The notes under the pieces: model-generated
Seen by the model: only the letters and a program-made list of their open reading frames with translations
Told to the model about the DNA's origin: nothing
Databases searched by the model: none
Assembly (NCBI RefSeq): GCF_032444005.1
Contig: NC_091283.1
Location: 843,572,001-843,636,000 of the forward strand
Direction: 5' to 3'
From: Ranitomeya imitator
Lineage: Eukaryota
Length of the DNA: 64,000 bases
Translations under genes and position numbers: made by a program
Shown here: one piece after another, positions 24,177 through 38,245 of the stretch
How positions within the stretch are numbered: the stretch's first letter is position 1
Layout: each line of letters begins with the position of its first letter

Positions 24177-25460
24177 CCCCTTCATGACCAGGGGATTTTT
24201 CGTTTTTCCGTGTTCGTTTTTCGCTCCCCTCCTTCCCAGAGCCATAACTTTTTTATTTTTCCGTCAATTTGGCCATGTGAGGGCTTATTTTTTGCGGGAC
24301 GAGTTGTACTTTTGAACGACATCATTGGTTTTAACATGTCGTGTACTAGAAAACGGGAAAAAAATTCCAAGTGCGGTGAAATTGCAAAAAAAGTGCAATC
24401 CCACATTGGTTTTTTGTTTGGCTTTTTTGCTAGGTTCACTAAATGCTAAAAATGACCTGCCATTATGATTCTCCAGGTCATTACGAGTTCATAGACACCA
24501 AACATGACTAGGTTATTTTTTATCTAAGTGGTGAAAAAAAATTCCAAACTTTGCTAAAAAAAAAAAAAAAAAAATTGCGCCATTTTCCGATACTCGTAGC
24601 GTCTCCATTTTTCGTTATCTGGGGTCGGTTGAGGGCTTATTTTTTGCGTGCCGAGATGACGTTTTTAATGATAGCATTTCGGTGCAGATACGTTCTTTTG
24701 ATCGCCCGTTATTGCATTTTAATGCAATGTCGCGGCGACCAAAAAAACGTAATTCTGGCGTTTCGAGTTTTTTTCCCGCTACGCTGTTTAGCGATCAGGT
24801 TAATACTTTTTTTTATTTGATAGATCGGGCAATTCTGAGCGCGGCGATACCAAATATGCGTAGATTTGATATTTTTTTTATTGATTTATTTTGATTGGGG
24901 CGAAAGGGGGGTGATTTAAACTTTTATGTTTTTTTTATTTTTTTCACATTTTTTTAAACTTTTTTTTTTAACTTTTGCCATGCTTCAATAGCCTCCATGA
25001 GAGGCTAGAAGCAGGCACAAGCCGATCGGCTCTGCTACATAGCAGCGATCTGCTGATCGCTGCTATGTAGCAGAATTGCACGTGTGCTGTGAGCGCCGAC
25101 CACAGGGTGGCGCTCACAGCGACGGGCAATCAGTAACCATAGAGGTCTCAAGGACCTCTATGGCTACAATGGAGACGCATCGCCGACCCCCGGACATGTG
25201 ACGGGGGTCGGCGATGACGTCATTTCCGGCCGCCCGGCCGGAAGCGGTAGTTAAATGCCGCTGTCTGCGTTTGACAGCGGCATTTAACTAGTTAATAGGT
25301 GCGGGCAGATCGCGATTCTGCCCGCGCCTATTACGGGCACATGTCAGCTGTTCAAAACAGCTGACATGTCCCGGCTTTGGTGCGGGCTCACCGCGGAGCC
25401 CTGCATCAAAGCAGGGGAGCCGGCATCGGACGGTATAGTACGTCCGATGCCGGTAAGGGG
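24177..25460. mobile_element. Non-autonomous piggyBac-like element
   Basis: TTAA-CCCCTT...AAGGGG-TTAA, TTAA duplication, no ORF, many internal hairpins. Confidence 0.85.
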
Positions 25461-25974
25461 TTAAGGACCAAGGCCCTAGATGGAGGAATCTGAAGCATTG
25501 ACCATCACTTTCTGCATGGAGACACATTCAGAAAATCCAGGTTGGGACCATCCAGTCACCTGGCCCCATGGAGACTTTGGAGAAGCCAGGTTGGGACCAG
25601 GGCCGGTTTTCGACAAAGTGGGGCACTGGGCAAAATTTTAAAGTGTGGCCCCAAATGCTAAACATAATGCAACAGCACACAGAAACATTTTGGTTGTATG
25701 TATGTGCGCTGAGTTGAGGCTTTTTAACAAGCATGATCGACAATATTTAATCCTTCCGACACTTGTTTCCCAGCCTCTTTACATCAGTTGAGGAAGAATG
25801 ATTGACACAGAATGATCACTAGTATATCAATCTGTACCCATACAGTATCATATTATCAGCAGCACATCTGCAGTTTTCACCAGGCGATGTGTTGCTGAGA
25901 ACATTAATTTTTGTTCCGGCATAAACAATGCAATCACTTGATGAACAGGTAGCAATTTGCTTGTTTGGTATAAT

Positions 25975-26865
25975 GCACCCCATAGTCCTCCACATAGTAT
26001 AATGCACCCTAGACTCCTCCACATATTATAAGGCTCACTCCATAGTCCTCCACATAGTATAATGCACTCCCCATAGTCCTCCATATAGTATAATGCACAC
26101 TTCATAGTCTTCCATATAATATAATGCACCCCATATAGTCTTCCATATAGTATAATGTACAACTCATAGTCCTCTATATAGTATAATGTACAGCCCATAG
26201 TCTTCTATATAGTAAAATAAACTCCCCATAGCCCTCAATATAGTATAATGCATGCCATTGTTCTCCATATTGTATAATGTACCCCTATATTCCTCCATAT
26301 GGTATAATACACCACCTTAGTCTTCCTCACAGTATAATGCATTCCCCATAGTGCTCTATATAGTACAATACACTAGCCATAGTCCTTCATACAGTATAAT
26401 GCACAGACCATAGTCCTCAATATAGTATAACGATCCCATAGTCCTCCATATTGTATAATGCACCCCATAGTCCTCCATATAGTACAATGCACTCCCCATA
26501 GTATTATACACCCCATAGTTCTTCATATAGTATAATGTACGCCCCAAAGACCTCCATACAGTCATTGCTATAGAATAATGCAGCCCCCATATAGTACATA
26601 GAGTATATTACAGAGATTATAGTCCTTGATAAAGTAGAATGCAGCCCCATCTAGTACATATAGTATAATGCACTCCCCATAGTCCTCGTTAAAGTACAAT
26701 GTCGCCCCCATAGAGTACAATGCCACTCCATAGAGTACAATGCCACCCCATAGAGTGCAAAACCACCCAATAGAGCAAAATGCCACCCCATAGAGTTTAA
26801 TGCAGCCCCATATAGTATAATGCTGCCTCATATAGTATAATGTGCTCCCATAGAGTATAATGTAA
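25975..26865. repeat. Degenerate minisatellite (CCCATAG[TCCTCCATATAG]TATAATGCAC; about 21-33 bp units)
   Basis: Visible periodicity. A related array in opposite orientation lies at about 36950-37460. Confidence 0.85.
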
Positions 26866-27110
26866 CAGGGCTGTCGAGTCAGAGTTGGTGTTCATTTTGG
26901 TGGAATTGGAGTTGGAGTCCGTATAAAATGGACCAACTCTGACTCCAAAAATATATAATAAATTGGGTTCAGTAGTTCAGTAAAGGATGTGCTGTAAATG
27001 TTTTCATAATAATTTGGGTGAAGTTATAAAATGTCCTATAAATGTCTGTTCTATTCCTGATCTATTCCTGATCCTGGCTTTTAGTTGAGATGAATCAGTG
27101 CCTCCAAAAG
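26866..27110. mobile_element. Fragment of a hAT-like non-autonomous element
   Basis: Begins CAGGGCTGTCGAGTCAGAGTTGG, with a nearby partial inverted copy (CCAACTCTGACTCC). No right end found. Confidence 0.4.
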
Positions 27111-27224
27111 CCTCTTCCCATCCGGAGGGTCTCTGTAACATTCAGAGAAAACAAAATTAAACAGTGGTCGGAGAACTCCACCTCAACAACAGATACTGCT
27201 TAAGAGACAGCTTCCTCCTTTAAT

Positions 27225-30200
27225 TATCTATCCTGGACCTACAGTTACCTCTATGATAGGTGAACCCCTTGTAGCCTGGTGTGTGCCGAATGTTGACATC
27301 CACCAGGCGAGCCTCACTAGATATATAATTAAGGGCGACGCTATCATAAGTCAGCTTGTCTCTGGAACCTCCTCTACCTCTGGGCCTCATGACAGTATTG
27401 AAGTCCCCTCTGAAGACAACCTGCCGACTTGCAAAAAGGTAGGGCTTGATCCTCATAAAGAGACACTTCCGGTCCCACTTAGATTGGGGACCATAGATGT
27501 TAATGAGCCAGAGCTCTTGTCCCTTCATGAGGACATCTAAGATCAGGCACCTCCCCATTTTCAACTCAATAACCCATCAGCATTCCACCGATGTGGTAAA
27601 AAGGACCGGCACTCCGCTATACGGCTTGGCCATCAGAGACCAATAGGAGGACCCAAGTATCCACTCCCTCTTAACTTTAAACACGTCTGCCATGTTTGGC
27701 AGCCTGGTCTCTTGCAAAAAGAAAATGTCAACTTCAACCGGGCTGAGAAAATCAAAGGCCGCAAATCTAGCTGTATTTGACTTTATGCTGGCGACATTAA
27801 TGGACGCCAGTGTCAACGGAGTGGGTTCCGCCATCATTGGTGATTGAGTTAGATGGCCTTCTTCTTCCCACTCCCCTTATCCTCTGCCTCAGAGGAGGAA
27901 TCCTTCCCCCTCTTTAATGACATAGAGGTGTCCATTCCCACATGTTTTTACTTTTTATCGTCCTCGTCACCGGACTCTGGGCCAATCCCTCCCTCCAAGG
28001 ACATTACATTTCCAGAAGAAGGAGACTCGGCTCCCCCTGTAACCCCCGCTGAAGCCAGAACCTCACCCTCAGCTTCCTCCTCAGAGGAAGAGATGTTCTC
28101 AAGGGCTTGGAACCGGTTAGAAAGACCAACCAGGGGGGAGTCAGTTTTTCCTTCCTTAGGTACCTTGGTCAGAGCGGGAGTAGATGTTTTATCTCCCTTC
28201 TTTCTCTTCTTTTTGGTGCCGAGCTTACGCTTGTCCTCTAGTCACTTCCTATTATCCTCATCTATACTTTCATAAAGGGAGGATTCGGAGGCAGTGGCGC
28301 TTTCCTACCTGTGGATCCTCCTCACCTCCTCATCCAACTCATCATCCCTCGGGGCCTCAGCAGCAAGACTGGCATCCAGAACAGGGGCCGCCCCAGTAGC
28401 CCGAGGCTCGCCCAGCTCCCTATCCTGTCTGCGCTTGTCTAGACGCCTTAGCTGGGCAGGTGTCTTTTTATTGCTTTTTCCTTCTTGGTCCCTCAGCTCC
28501 CTCACCCCTGTTAGTCCCCTCCCCGGCAGAATCAGCCTCATGTCTTTCTCCCACCGGGGTCACAACTGCATTAGTGAAGGAGCGAGGACAACAGCTGAAT
28601 GGGTGACCTAATTCACCACACAGGTGGCACCTAATCTCCACACAAGATGCAGCAAGATGGCCGATATCCCCACACAGTGCACACTTCTGCACAGTGCAGT
28701 TTGCGCTGAAGTGTGTGGGGTCGCCGCACCTGTGACAGAGCTTTGGTTGCCCTTGGTAGAAGACCAGGATACGATCCCTACCCAGGAAGGCAGATGATGG
28801 TATGTGGGCAACTGTACCACCTGAACGCTTAAGGTTTACCATAAATGTCCAGGCCCTTGACCAGATACCAAACTCATCACAGTCTTTCTTTGGCATTTCC
28901 ACCACCTCTCAATACCGGCCACCTCATAATGTCATAACAAGAAAGCAACTTGTTACAGGTCATCATGGTCACTTTCTTGACTTGGTTTTGGCGAGACACC
29001 ACCTGAACGGCAAAGTCTTGCCAGCCGGGCTCATTTTTTTGCAAACTCATAGTTCGACCAGAAGAGCTCAAGCCCCTCCGGCCGAACAAAGCTGACATCA
29101 AACTCAGGCATGGAAAAGGAATGTATCATGGCATACATGTCAATCGCCTTGAATCCCATCCTCAGGAGGAGCTCCACAACCTTGGACCTTGGAGGACATG
29201 CATCACTGCCCCTCCACCGAAGATGGACCACATTCCTATGCACACTACCTGGCTCGGCTGTAGGGAGGGACCACACTGTATCCCCCCTCTTTGCTCTCGG
29301 AAGGCCTCGAGGCCATGCCTCTCTGTCCAGAAGGATAGATCAACCCTCTACCATTAGTGATCTCTCCCCCTTTAGAGCCTCCAGTAGATGAGGTTGCAAC
29401 ATGCCATCTCCAGAGCCCAGAGACGAGGAGGATGCCCTATTTCTCCTGGAGGTGACAGCAGCATAACTCCTGACAGGTGCAGCCACCGGACCAGTGACCA
29501 CATCCTCACCAACAGTATCACTATTACCCACCTCCATAACCCCCTCACCCTCCACCGAACCAGAATCCACACCACTTAGACAAAGAATTTTACTCATCCA
29601 TACCCACCACCACATTTACTCTTGCTCGACCAGTGACAACAGGGGGTGACATTTTGACTTCCACATCATCAGGCACAAGGGGTTGTCTCCTCCACAGAAC
29701 TGGAGGCGACCTAACCCCTGGTCTTACGTGTGCCCTCCGCATCATCAGTTGATATTTTCCGCTGCTTCATGGTTGCTACCAGGCGCTGTTCATCCTTTGT
29801 CGCTGTGAGGCAGCGCTGATCCTTAGTATCAGGATCTTGTTGACCACTGGCACAACACTGAATAGGACTTTAGTGGGAGGACCGGAACTCCCAGCCCTGG
29901 CAATCCCCTCACACTGCCGCCGCTTATCAACTAAGTGATCAGTGGCAACATCATTCAGGGGCATCGAGGCTACCGGAGCTGCCCCCGGCACTGGGCTGCT
30001 CCTCCATCCCACTAAGGATCGGACCACAATATCGTGGCCTGACCATACGCCAGCCGCCGGGCTGCCCAGCCTCTCGGCTGATGCACCTGCTGCTACGTCC
30101 CTGCTACTACAAGCAGAGACGGAGCTCTGAGCCTCACTACGTAGCTTTGTAATCTCCCCGCACCTTTGCATCAGATCCACAGCAGAACCCAGGCTGGGCT

Positions 30201-30615
30201 GGGCAACAGGGCTTATACAGTGAGCTGACCCTGCAGCCAATTCAAGGGGTACAGGGAGGGGGGCATTGCACGCTAGCAGGCTTCTCCTCCATGGAAGCCT
30301 TGCATCTTCTCTGGGTCTCTGCAGACCTGGGGGGAGTAGGAGCCACATTGCTGCGACTCCTGGTGGAGCGTCTCACCCCCGAATCCTCTGATATGCAGGC
30401 TGGTTGCTGGTTCCTTCTGCCCCCCGCCAGCCTGGTCCGGGAAGCAGAAGCCTGGGACTTGTCTCCTTCACTCATCCCAGGAAACCCACTCCCTCCCTGG
30501 GTAAGAAAGAGAGCAGGTCCCTGGGTGGAGAGGTGGTGGTTCCCAGGAGCTCAGGAGCACACAGCAGGTTCAGCAGCGACTGCACCCACAATCAGCACAA
30601 TGAGCAGCAGCTGAG
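27225..30615 (-). mobile_element. Tx1-like L1-clade LINE: 5'UTR, degraded ORF1, APE part of ORF2; RT and 3' end missing
   Basis: ORF1 from MSEGDKSQ (30475) with three CCHC knuckles (CHRCGDPTHFSANC, CALCGDIGHLAASC, CHLCGELGHPFSCC). ORF2 start MMAEPTPLTLASINV...FLQET, INIYGPQ, GDFN, SRID. Several frameshifts. Confidence 0.88.
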
Positions 30616-31238
30616 CAGAGCTGCACCCACTATCCTGCTGATGCAGTCACTGTGTACATACATTACATTACTGATCCTGAGTTACATCCTGTATTATACC
30701 CCAGAGCTGCACTCACTATTCTGCTGGTGCAGTCACTGTGTACATACATTACATTACTGATCCTGAGTTACATCCTGTATTATACTCCAGAGCTGCACTC
30801 ACTATTCTGCTGGTGCAGTCACTGTGTACATACATTACATTACTGATCCTGAGTTACATCCTGTATTATACCCCAGAGCTGCACTCGCTATTCTGCTGGT
30901 TCAGTCACTGTGTACATACATTACATTACTGATCCTGAGTTACATAATGTATTATACTCCAGAGCTGCACTCACTATTCTGCTGGTGCAGTCACTGTGTA
31001 CATACATTACATTACTGATCCTGAGTTACATCCTGTATTATACTCCAGAGCTGCACTCACTATTCTGCTGGTGCAGTCACTGTGTACATACATTACATTA
31101 CTGATCCTGAGTTACATCCTGTATTTTACTCCAGAGCTGCACTCACTATTCTGCTGGTGCAGTCACTGTGTACATACATTACATTACTGATCCTGAGTTA
31201 CCTCCTGTATTATACCCCAGAGCTGAACTCACTATTCT
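30616..31238. repeat. 86-bp tandem repeat, about 7 units
   Basis: Unit AGAGCTGCACTCACTATTCTGCTGGTGCAGTCACTGTGTACATACATTACATTACTGATCCTGAGTTACATCCTGTATTATACTCC. ORF starts recur every 86 bp. Confidence 0.97.
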
Positions 31239-32100
31239 ATTATTTGTTACTGGAGATGGTTAATACATGTCTTCAACAATCGTTCTATAATTGCTGATGA
31301 CCAGTTCCTACATCAGAAGACTACAGATACAGGGTCACAGGAGAACTGGAGGATTCTCTGGTGGGCTCATGCACTGAGACCTGCTGGCATATTGGTCAGC
31401 ACCTGCAAAGGGCCCCCACTTCTCCAGGGGCCCCCCAGACAGTGGCGTGTCACTAATAGCGGCACACCCAGCTGCTCTGGGGCCCCTGAGTTAAGGGGGG
31501 TCTCCCAATGCCAGAGAGCAGCAACTGGATACAAGAGCCTTTCCACACTGGTACAGAGAAATGAATATTCACACTTCCCCATGCCCCCATGGGCGTGGAA
31601 AGGAGTGAATACCATTTCACTTTAATAGCGGGCAGTGTTTGCAGCAGGCTGAGGCTAACAATTCCCGCCTGTGCTGCTGAATCAGGGCCCTGGAGTTGGG
31701 CCCCTAAAGGGCAGTGAACCCTGATTGTGATCCCTGGAGCCTAGGACCAGAGCGGAGCTGCATGGATCCATCGCCATCCTCCTTCCTGCCCTCCTGCCGG
31801 GCACTTCCTGTGTGACTCAGCGTGGCTGAATGACATCATCATTCAGCATGGCTGTTTCAGAGAGGAAGCTGCCGGGAAGTGCTGCGGCTGCTGGGAACGT
31901 GCGCAGAGGTGAGTGGGTGCAGTGTGTGTCTCTGCCTGCCTGCATGTGTGCGGCTGTGTGTGCATGTGGTGCATTGCGGTACTTTGTGTGTGTGAGTGAG
32001 AGAGTGGTGCGGTTCTGTCTGTGTGTAGTGCTGTATGTGTGATAGTGGTGTTGTGTGTGTCTGTATTGGAGATATTGGTGATTGACAATGATGGGGGTGG

Positions 32101-35100
32101 TGTTATGAATAGGTAATTCAGAACCACAATGGACCTTGAAGTTCAGAGCACACAAAGCGACCTGACAATAACCAAAAAACATAGGACGAGCTCTGAGACA
32201 TGGCAACTCTGCTGACCGCAATCCCTAATCCTATCACACCACACTAGAGGTAGCCGTGGATTGCGCCTAAGGCTCCCTATGCAACTCGGCACAGCCTGAG
32301 AAACTAGCTAGCCTGAAGATAGAAAAATACGCCTACCTTGCCTCAGAGAAATTCCCCAAAGGAAAAGGCAGCCCCCCACATATAATGACTGTGAGTAAGA
32401 TGAAAACACAAACACAGAGATGAAATAGATTTAGCAAAGTGAGGCCCGACTTACTGAATAGACCGAGGATAGGAAAGATAGCTTTGCGGTCAACACAAAA
32501 ACCTACAAACAACCACGCAGAGGGGCAAAAAGACCCTCCGCACCGACTAACGGTACGAAGGTGCTCCCTCTGCGTCTCAGAGCTTCCAGCAAGCAAGAAA
32601 AACCAATAAAGCAAGCTGGACAGAAAATATAGCAACAAAAAGTAACACAAGCAGAACTTAGCTTATGCTGAGCAGACAGGCCACAGGAACGATCCAGGAG
32701 GAAGCAAGACCAATACTAGAACATTGACTGGAGGCCAGGACCAAAGCACTAGGTGGAGTTAAATAGAGCAGCACCTAACGACTTAACCTCATCACCTGAG
32801 GAAGGAAACTCAGAAGCCGCAGTACCACTTGTGACCACAGAAGGGAGCTCGACCACAGAATTCACAACAGTACCCCCCCCCTTGAGGAGGGGTTACCGAA
32901 CCCTCACCAGTGCCCCCGGGCCGACCAGGATGAGCCATATGAAAGGCACGAACAAGATCGGCAGCATGGACATCAGAGGCAAAGACCCAGGAATTATCTT
33001 CCTGACCATAACCCTTCCACTTAACCAGATACTGGAGTTTCCGTCTCGAAACACGAGAATCCAAAATCTTCTCCACTATATACTCCAACTCCCCCTCCAC
33101 CAAAACCGGGGCAGGAGGATCAACAGATGGAACCATAGGTGCCACATATCTCCGCAACAATGACCTATGGAATACGTTATGGATGGAGAAAGAATCTGGA
33201 AGGGTCAAACGAAAAGACACAGGATTAAGAACCTCAGAAATCCTATACGGACCAATGAAACAAGGCTTAAACTTAGGAAAGGAAACCTTCATAGGAATAT
33301 AACGAGATGACAACCACACCAAATCCCCAACACGAAGTCAGGGACCCACACAGCGCCTGCGGTTAGCGAAACGTTGAGCCTTCTCCTGGGACAAGGTCAA
33401 ATTGTCCACTACATGAGTCCAAATCCGCTGCAACCTGTCCACCACAGTATCCACACCAGTACAGTCCGAAGACTCAACCTGCCCTGAAGAGAAACGAGGA
33501 TGGAACCCAGAATTGCAGAAAAACGGAAAAGAAGGCGCATGGCTTCATCACCGAGCAATCAGAACCTCTTTGCGACAAAACAGCCCCCGCTCCAATTTCA
33601 GAAGCATCAACCTCGACCTGGAACGGAAGCGAAACATCTGGTTGACACAACACAGGGGCAGAAGAAAAACGACGCTTCAACTCCTGAAAAGCTTCCACAG
33701 CAGCATAAGACCAATTGACCACATCAGCACCCTTCTTGGTCAAATCGGTCAATGGTTTAGCAATACTAGAGAAATTACAGATGAAGCGACGATAAAAATT
33801 AGCAAAGCCAAGGAACTTTTGCAGACTCTTCAGAGATGTCGGCTGAGTCCAATCATAAATGGCCTGGACCTTAACAGGGTCCATCTCGATAGTAGAAGGG
33901 GAAAAAATGAACCCCAAAAATGAAACCTTCTGAACACCAAAGAGACACTTTGATCCCTTCACAAACAAAGAATTAGCACGCAGGACCTGGAACACCATTC
34001 TGACCTGATTCACATGAGACTCCCAATCATCCGAGAAGACCAAAATATCATCCAAGTATACAATCAGGAATTTATCCAGGTACTCTCGGAAGATGTCATG
34101 CATAAAGGACTGAAATACTGATGGAGCATTGGCAAGTCCAAATGGCATAACTAGGTACTCAAAATGGCCCTCGGGCGTATTAAATGCAGTTTTCCATTAA
34201 TCGCCCCGTTTAATACGCACAAGATTATATGCACCACGAAGATCTATCTTGGTGAACCAACTAGCCCCCTTAATCCGAGCAAACAAATCAGATAACAGCG
34301 GCAAGGGGTACTGAAATTTGACCGTGATTTTATTTAGAAGGCGGTAATCAATACAAGGTCTCAGCGAACCATCCTTCTTGGCCACAAAAAAGAACCCTGC
34401 TCCCAATGGCGATGACGACGGGCGAATATGACCCTTCTCCAAAGATTCTTTTACGTAACTCCGCATAGCGGCGTGCTCAGGTACAGATAAATTAAACAGT
34501 CGACCCTTAGGAAACTTACTACCAGGAATCAACTCGATAGCACAATCACAATCCCTATGCGGAGGTAGGGCATTGGACTTGGGCTCATCGAATACATCCC
34601 GGTAATCAGACAAGAACTCTGGGACCTCAGAAGGGGTGGATGATGAGATAGACAGAAATGGAACATCACCATGTACCCCCTGACAACCCCAGCTGGACAC
34701 AGACATTGATTTCCAATCTAATACTGGGTTATGGTCTTGTAGCCATGGCAACCCCAACACGACCACATCATGCAGATTATGCAACACCAAAAAGCGAATA
34801 TCCTCCTGATGCGCAGGAGCCATGCACATGGTCAGCTGGGTCCAATACTGAGGCTTATTCTTGGCCAAAGGCGTAGCATCAATTCCTCTCAATGGAATAA
34901 GACACTGCAAGGGCTCCAAGACAAACCCACAGCGCCTAGCAAACTCCAAGTCCATCAAATTCAGGGCAGCGCCTGAATCCACAAATGCCATGACAGAATA
35001 GGAAGACAAAGAGCAGATCAAAGTAACGGACAAAAGAAATTTCGACTGTACCGTACCAATGGTGGCAGACTTAGCGAACCGCTTAGTGCGCTTAGGACAA

Positions 35101-36745
35101 TCGGAGATAGCATGAGTGGAATCACCACAGTAGAAACACAGCGCATTCTGACGTCTGTGTTCTTGCCTTTCAGCTCTGGTCAAAGTCCTATCGCACTGCA
35201 TAGGCTCAGGTTTATGCTCAGATAATACCGCCAAATGGTGCACAGATTTACGCTCACGCAAGCGTCGATCGATCTGAATGGCCAAAGACATAGACTCATT
35301 CAGACCAGCAGACATAGGAAATCCCACCATGACATCCTTGAGGACTTCAGAGAGACCGTTTCTGAAAATAGCTGCCAGCGCACCTTCATTTCATTGAGTG
35401 AGCACGGACCACTTTCTAAACTTCTGACAATAAATCTCTATCTCATCCTGACCCTGACACAGAGCCAGCAAATTTTTCTCTGCCTGATCCACTGAATTAG
35501 GTTCATCGTACAGTAATCCGAGCGCCAGAAAAAACGCATCAATATTACATAATGCAGGATCTCCTGGCGCAAGGGAAAATGCCCAGTCTTGAGGGTCGCC
35601 ACGTAATATAGAAATAATGATCTTAACTTGTTGAACTGGGTCACCAGAGGAATGAGGTTTCAACGCCAGAAACAGTTTGCAATTATTTTTGAAACTCAGA
35701 AATTTAGCTCTATCTCCAGAAAACAAATCAGGAATAGGAATTCTTGGTTCTAACATAGAATTCTGAGCCACAAAATCTTGAATATTTTGTACTCTTGCAG
35801 TGAGATGATCCACACATGAAGACAGATCTTTAATGTCCATCACTACACCTGTGTCCTGAACCACCCAAATGTCTAGGGGAAAAAAAAGGCAAAACACAGT
35901 GCAAAGAAAAAAAAATGGTCTCAGAACTTCTTTTTTCCCTCTATTGAGAAGCATAGTACTTTGGGCCTCCAGTACTGTTATGAATAGGTAATTCAGAACC
36001 ACAATGGACCTTGAAGTTCAGAGCACACAAAGTGACCTGACAATAACCAAAAAACATAGGACGAGCTCTGAGACGTGGCAACTCTGCTGACCGCAATCCC
36101 TAATCCTATCACACCACACTAGAGGTAGCCGTGGATTGCGCCTAAGGCTCCCTATGCAACTCGGCACAGCCTGAGAAACTAGCTAGGCCTGAAGACAGAA
36201 AAATAAGCCTACCTTGCCTCAGAGAAATTCCCCAAAGGAAAAGGCAGCCCCCCACATATAATGACTGTGAGTAAGATGAAAACACAAACACAGAGATGAA
36301 ATAGATTTAGCAAAGTGAGGCCCGACTTACTGAATAGACCGAGGATAGGAAAGATAGCTTTGCGGTCAACACAAAAACCTACAAACAACCACGCAGAGGG
36401 GCAAAAAGACCCTCCGCACCGACTAACGGTATGGAGGTGCTCCCTCTGCGTCTCAGAGCTTCCAGCAAGCAAGAAAAACCAATAAAGCAAGCTGGACAGA
36501 AAATATAGCAACAAAAAGTAACACAAGCAGAACTTAGCTTATGCTGAGCAGACAGGCCACAGGAACGATCCAGGAGGAAGCAAGACCAATACTAGAACAT
36601 TGACTGGAGGCCAGGATCAAAGCACTAGGTGGAGTTAAATAGAGCAGCACCTAACGACTTAACCTCATCACCTGAGGAAGGAAACTCAGAGGCCGCAGTA
36701 CCACTTGTGACCACAGAAGGGAGCTCAACCACAGAATTCACAACA
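32101..36745 (-). mobile_element. Tf1/sushi-group chromoviral Gypsy element A, defective
   Basis: LTRs 32101-32869 and 35976-36745 (about 10 differences). GGGTGG on both flanks. Gag, protease, RT (YLDD) and chromodomain recognisable. Stop in RT at 34197. About 1.1 kb of RNase H/integrase deleted near 33515 relative to element B. Confidence 0.95.
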
Positions 36746-37460
36746 GGGTGGTGGGGAGAAGGCAATAATGGTAGTGGGGGGAGGCAATGATAGTGGTGGT
36801 GGGGGGAGGCAATGATGATGATGGTAGTGGGGAGGCAATGATGGAGGTGGTGGAATGGGCAATGATGGGGTGGTGGGGAGAAAGCAATGATGGAGGTGGT
36901 GATGAGTACAATGATGGGGTGGAAGAAGAGAACAATGATGGTGGTGGAGGGGGGGCTGCATTATACCCTTTCAGGGGGGCTGCATTATACCCTATGAGGG
37001 GGCTACAGTATAATTCTGTGTGGGGCTGCATTATTCTCTCAGGTGGCTACATTATACTATATAAGGGGAGCTGCATTATGCCCTATGAGGGGGCTACAGT
37101 ATATTCTATGGGTGGCTGCCTTATGAGGGGGTTGCCTTATACTCTGAGGGGGCTACATTATATTCTGTGGATGGACTGCATTATACTATATGAGGAGCGC
37201 TGCATTATGCCATATGAGGGTGCTACATTATATTCTATGGGGGGGCTGCATTATACCTTATGAGGGGATTGCATTATATTTTGTGAGGTGCTGTATTATA
37301 CCCTATGGGGGGGCTGCATTATACCTTATGAGAGGGTTGCATTATATTTTGTGGGGTGCTGTATTATGCCCTATGAGGGGGCTGCATTATATTCCATGAG
37401 GGAGGCTACATTATATTCTATGAGGGGGCTACTTTATATTCTATGAGGGGGCTACCCCAA
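36746..37460. repeat. GGT/GAT-rich low-complexity tract followed by an approximately 22-bp minisatellite (GGGGGCTGCATTATACCCTATGA)
   Basis: Visible repeats; the low-complexity tract continues the sequence left of element A (32040-32100). Confidence 0.8.
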
Positions 37461-38245
37461 CCCCTGCTACATAATTAAGATGTGTACTATCTTATACAGT
37501 ATTATACCCTGATATTAGCATGTTTTACCACACAATTGATGGTCTTGAATTTATTTCTATGTAGCTACATAGTGGGCACCAAGAATGATTTTCTCTGTAC
37601 AGATATATACCACGTATAGCAGTAATATGTGGGGGGTAACAGCTGTGGCGTTTACACCCTTCATATATCTTATGCTTGGTTACTTATGCTCAGGTTAACG
37701 TTCTTTCCATTTTTCGTGTTCTTTTCTCCAGAATCAGGACTTCTGCAGCAGACGATGACCTTTCTACATTTCTGTCAGTCACTGCAGCCGAACTTCTGCT
37801 GATTACCCACCGCCGGAGCCGCACGTGTTACTCCGGTAATTGTCTTGCACTTTCAAGAAAGTCTGTTATTTCGCTTCTTGCTTTGGATCCTCCGTCTGTC
37901 AGACCTATGGCTCCTAATCCCAGGACTTCATGAGCCGCGCTGGCAAACAGAATCTTTATAATTGGAAGAATATTCTCGTAGGAAATGATTCCGGATCTAA
38001 ACTATGGTACTTGATAACTGATTAAATAAAAATGACTAATCAAATGAGTAGAAAGGAGAATTGTAGAAACCGTGGAACTTTGTAGATACCTTCTTGACAC
38101 TTTTCCTAGTTTTGATGCAGGAAAAGAGAGAAGTCCAATGTGAATGCATCACTGCTCAGTCAGTAAAATTCAAAATTTAAGGGGCTTTTCCAGTTTTCTA
38201 AAATTATATATACATGCCGGTCTTTGTACAAAATCAGGGCCATAC

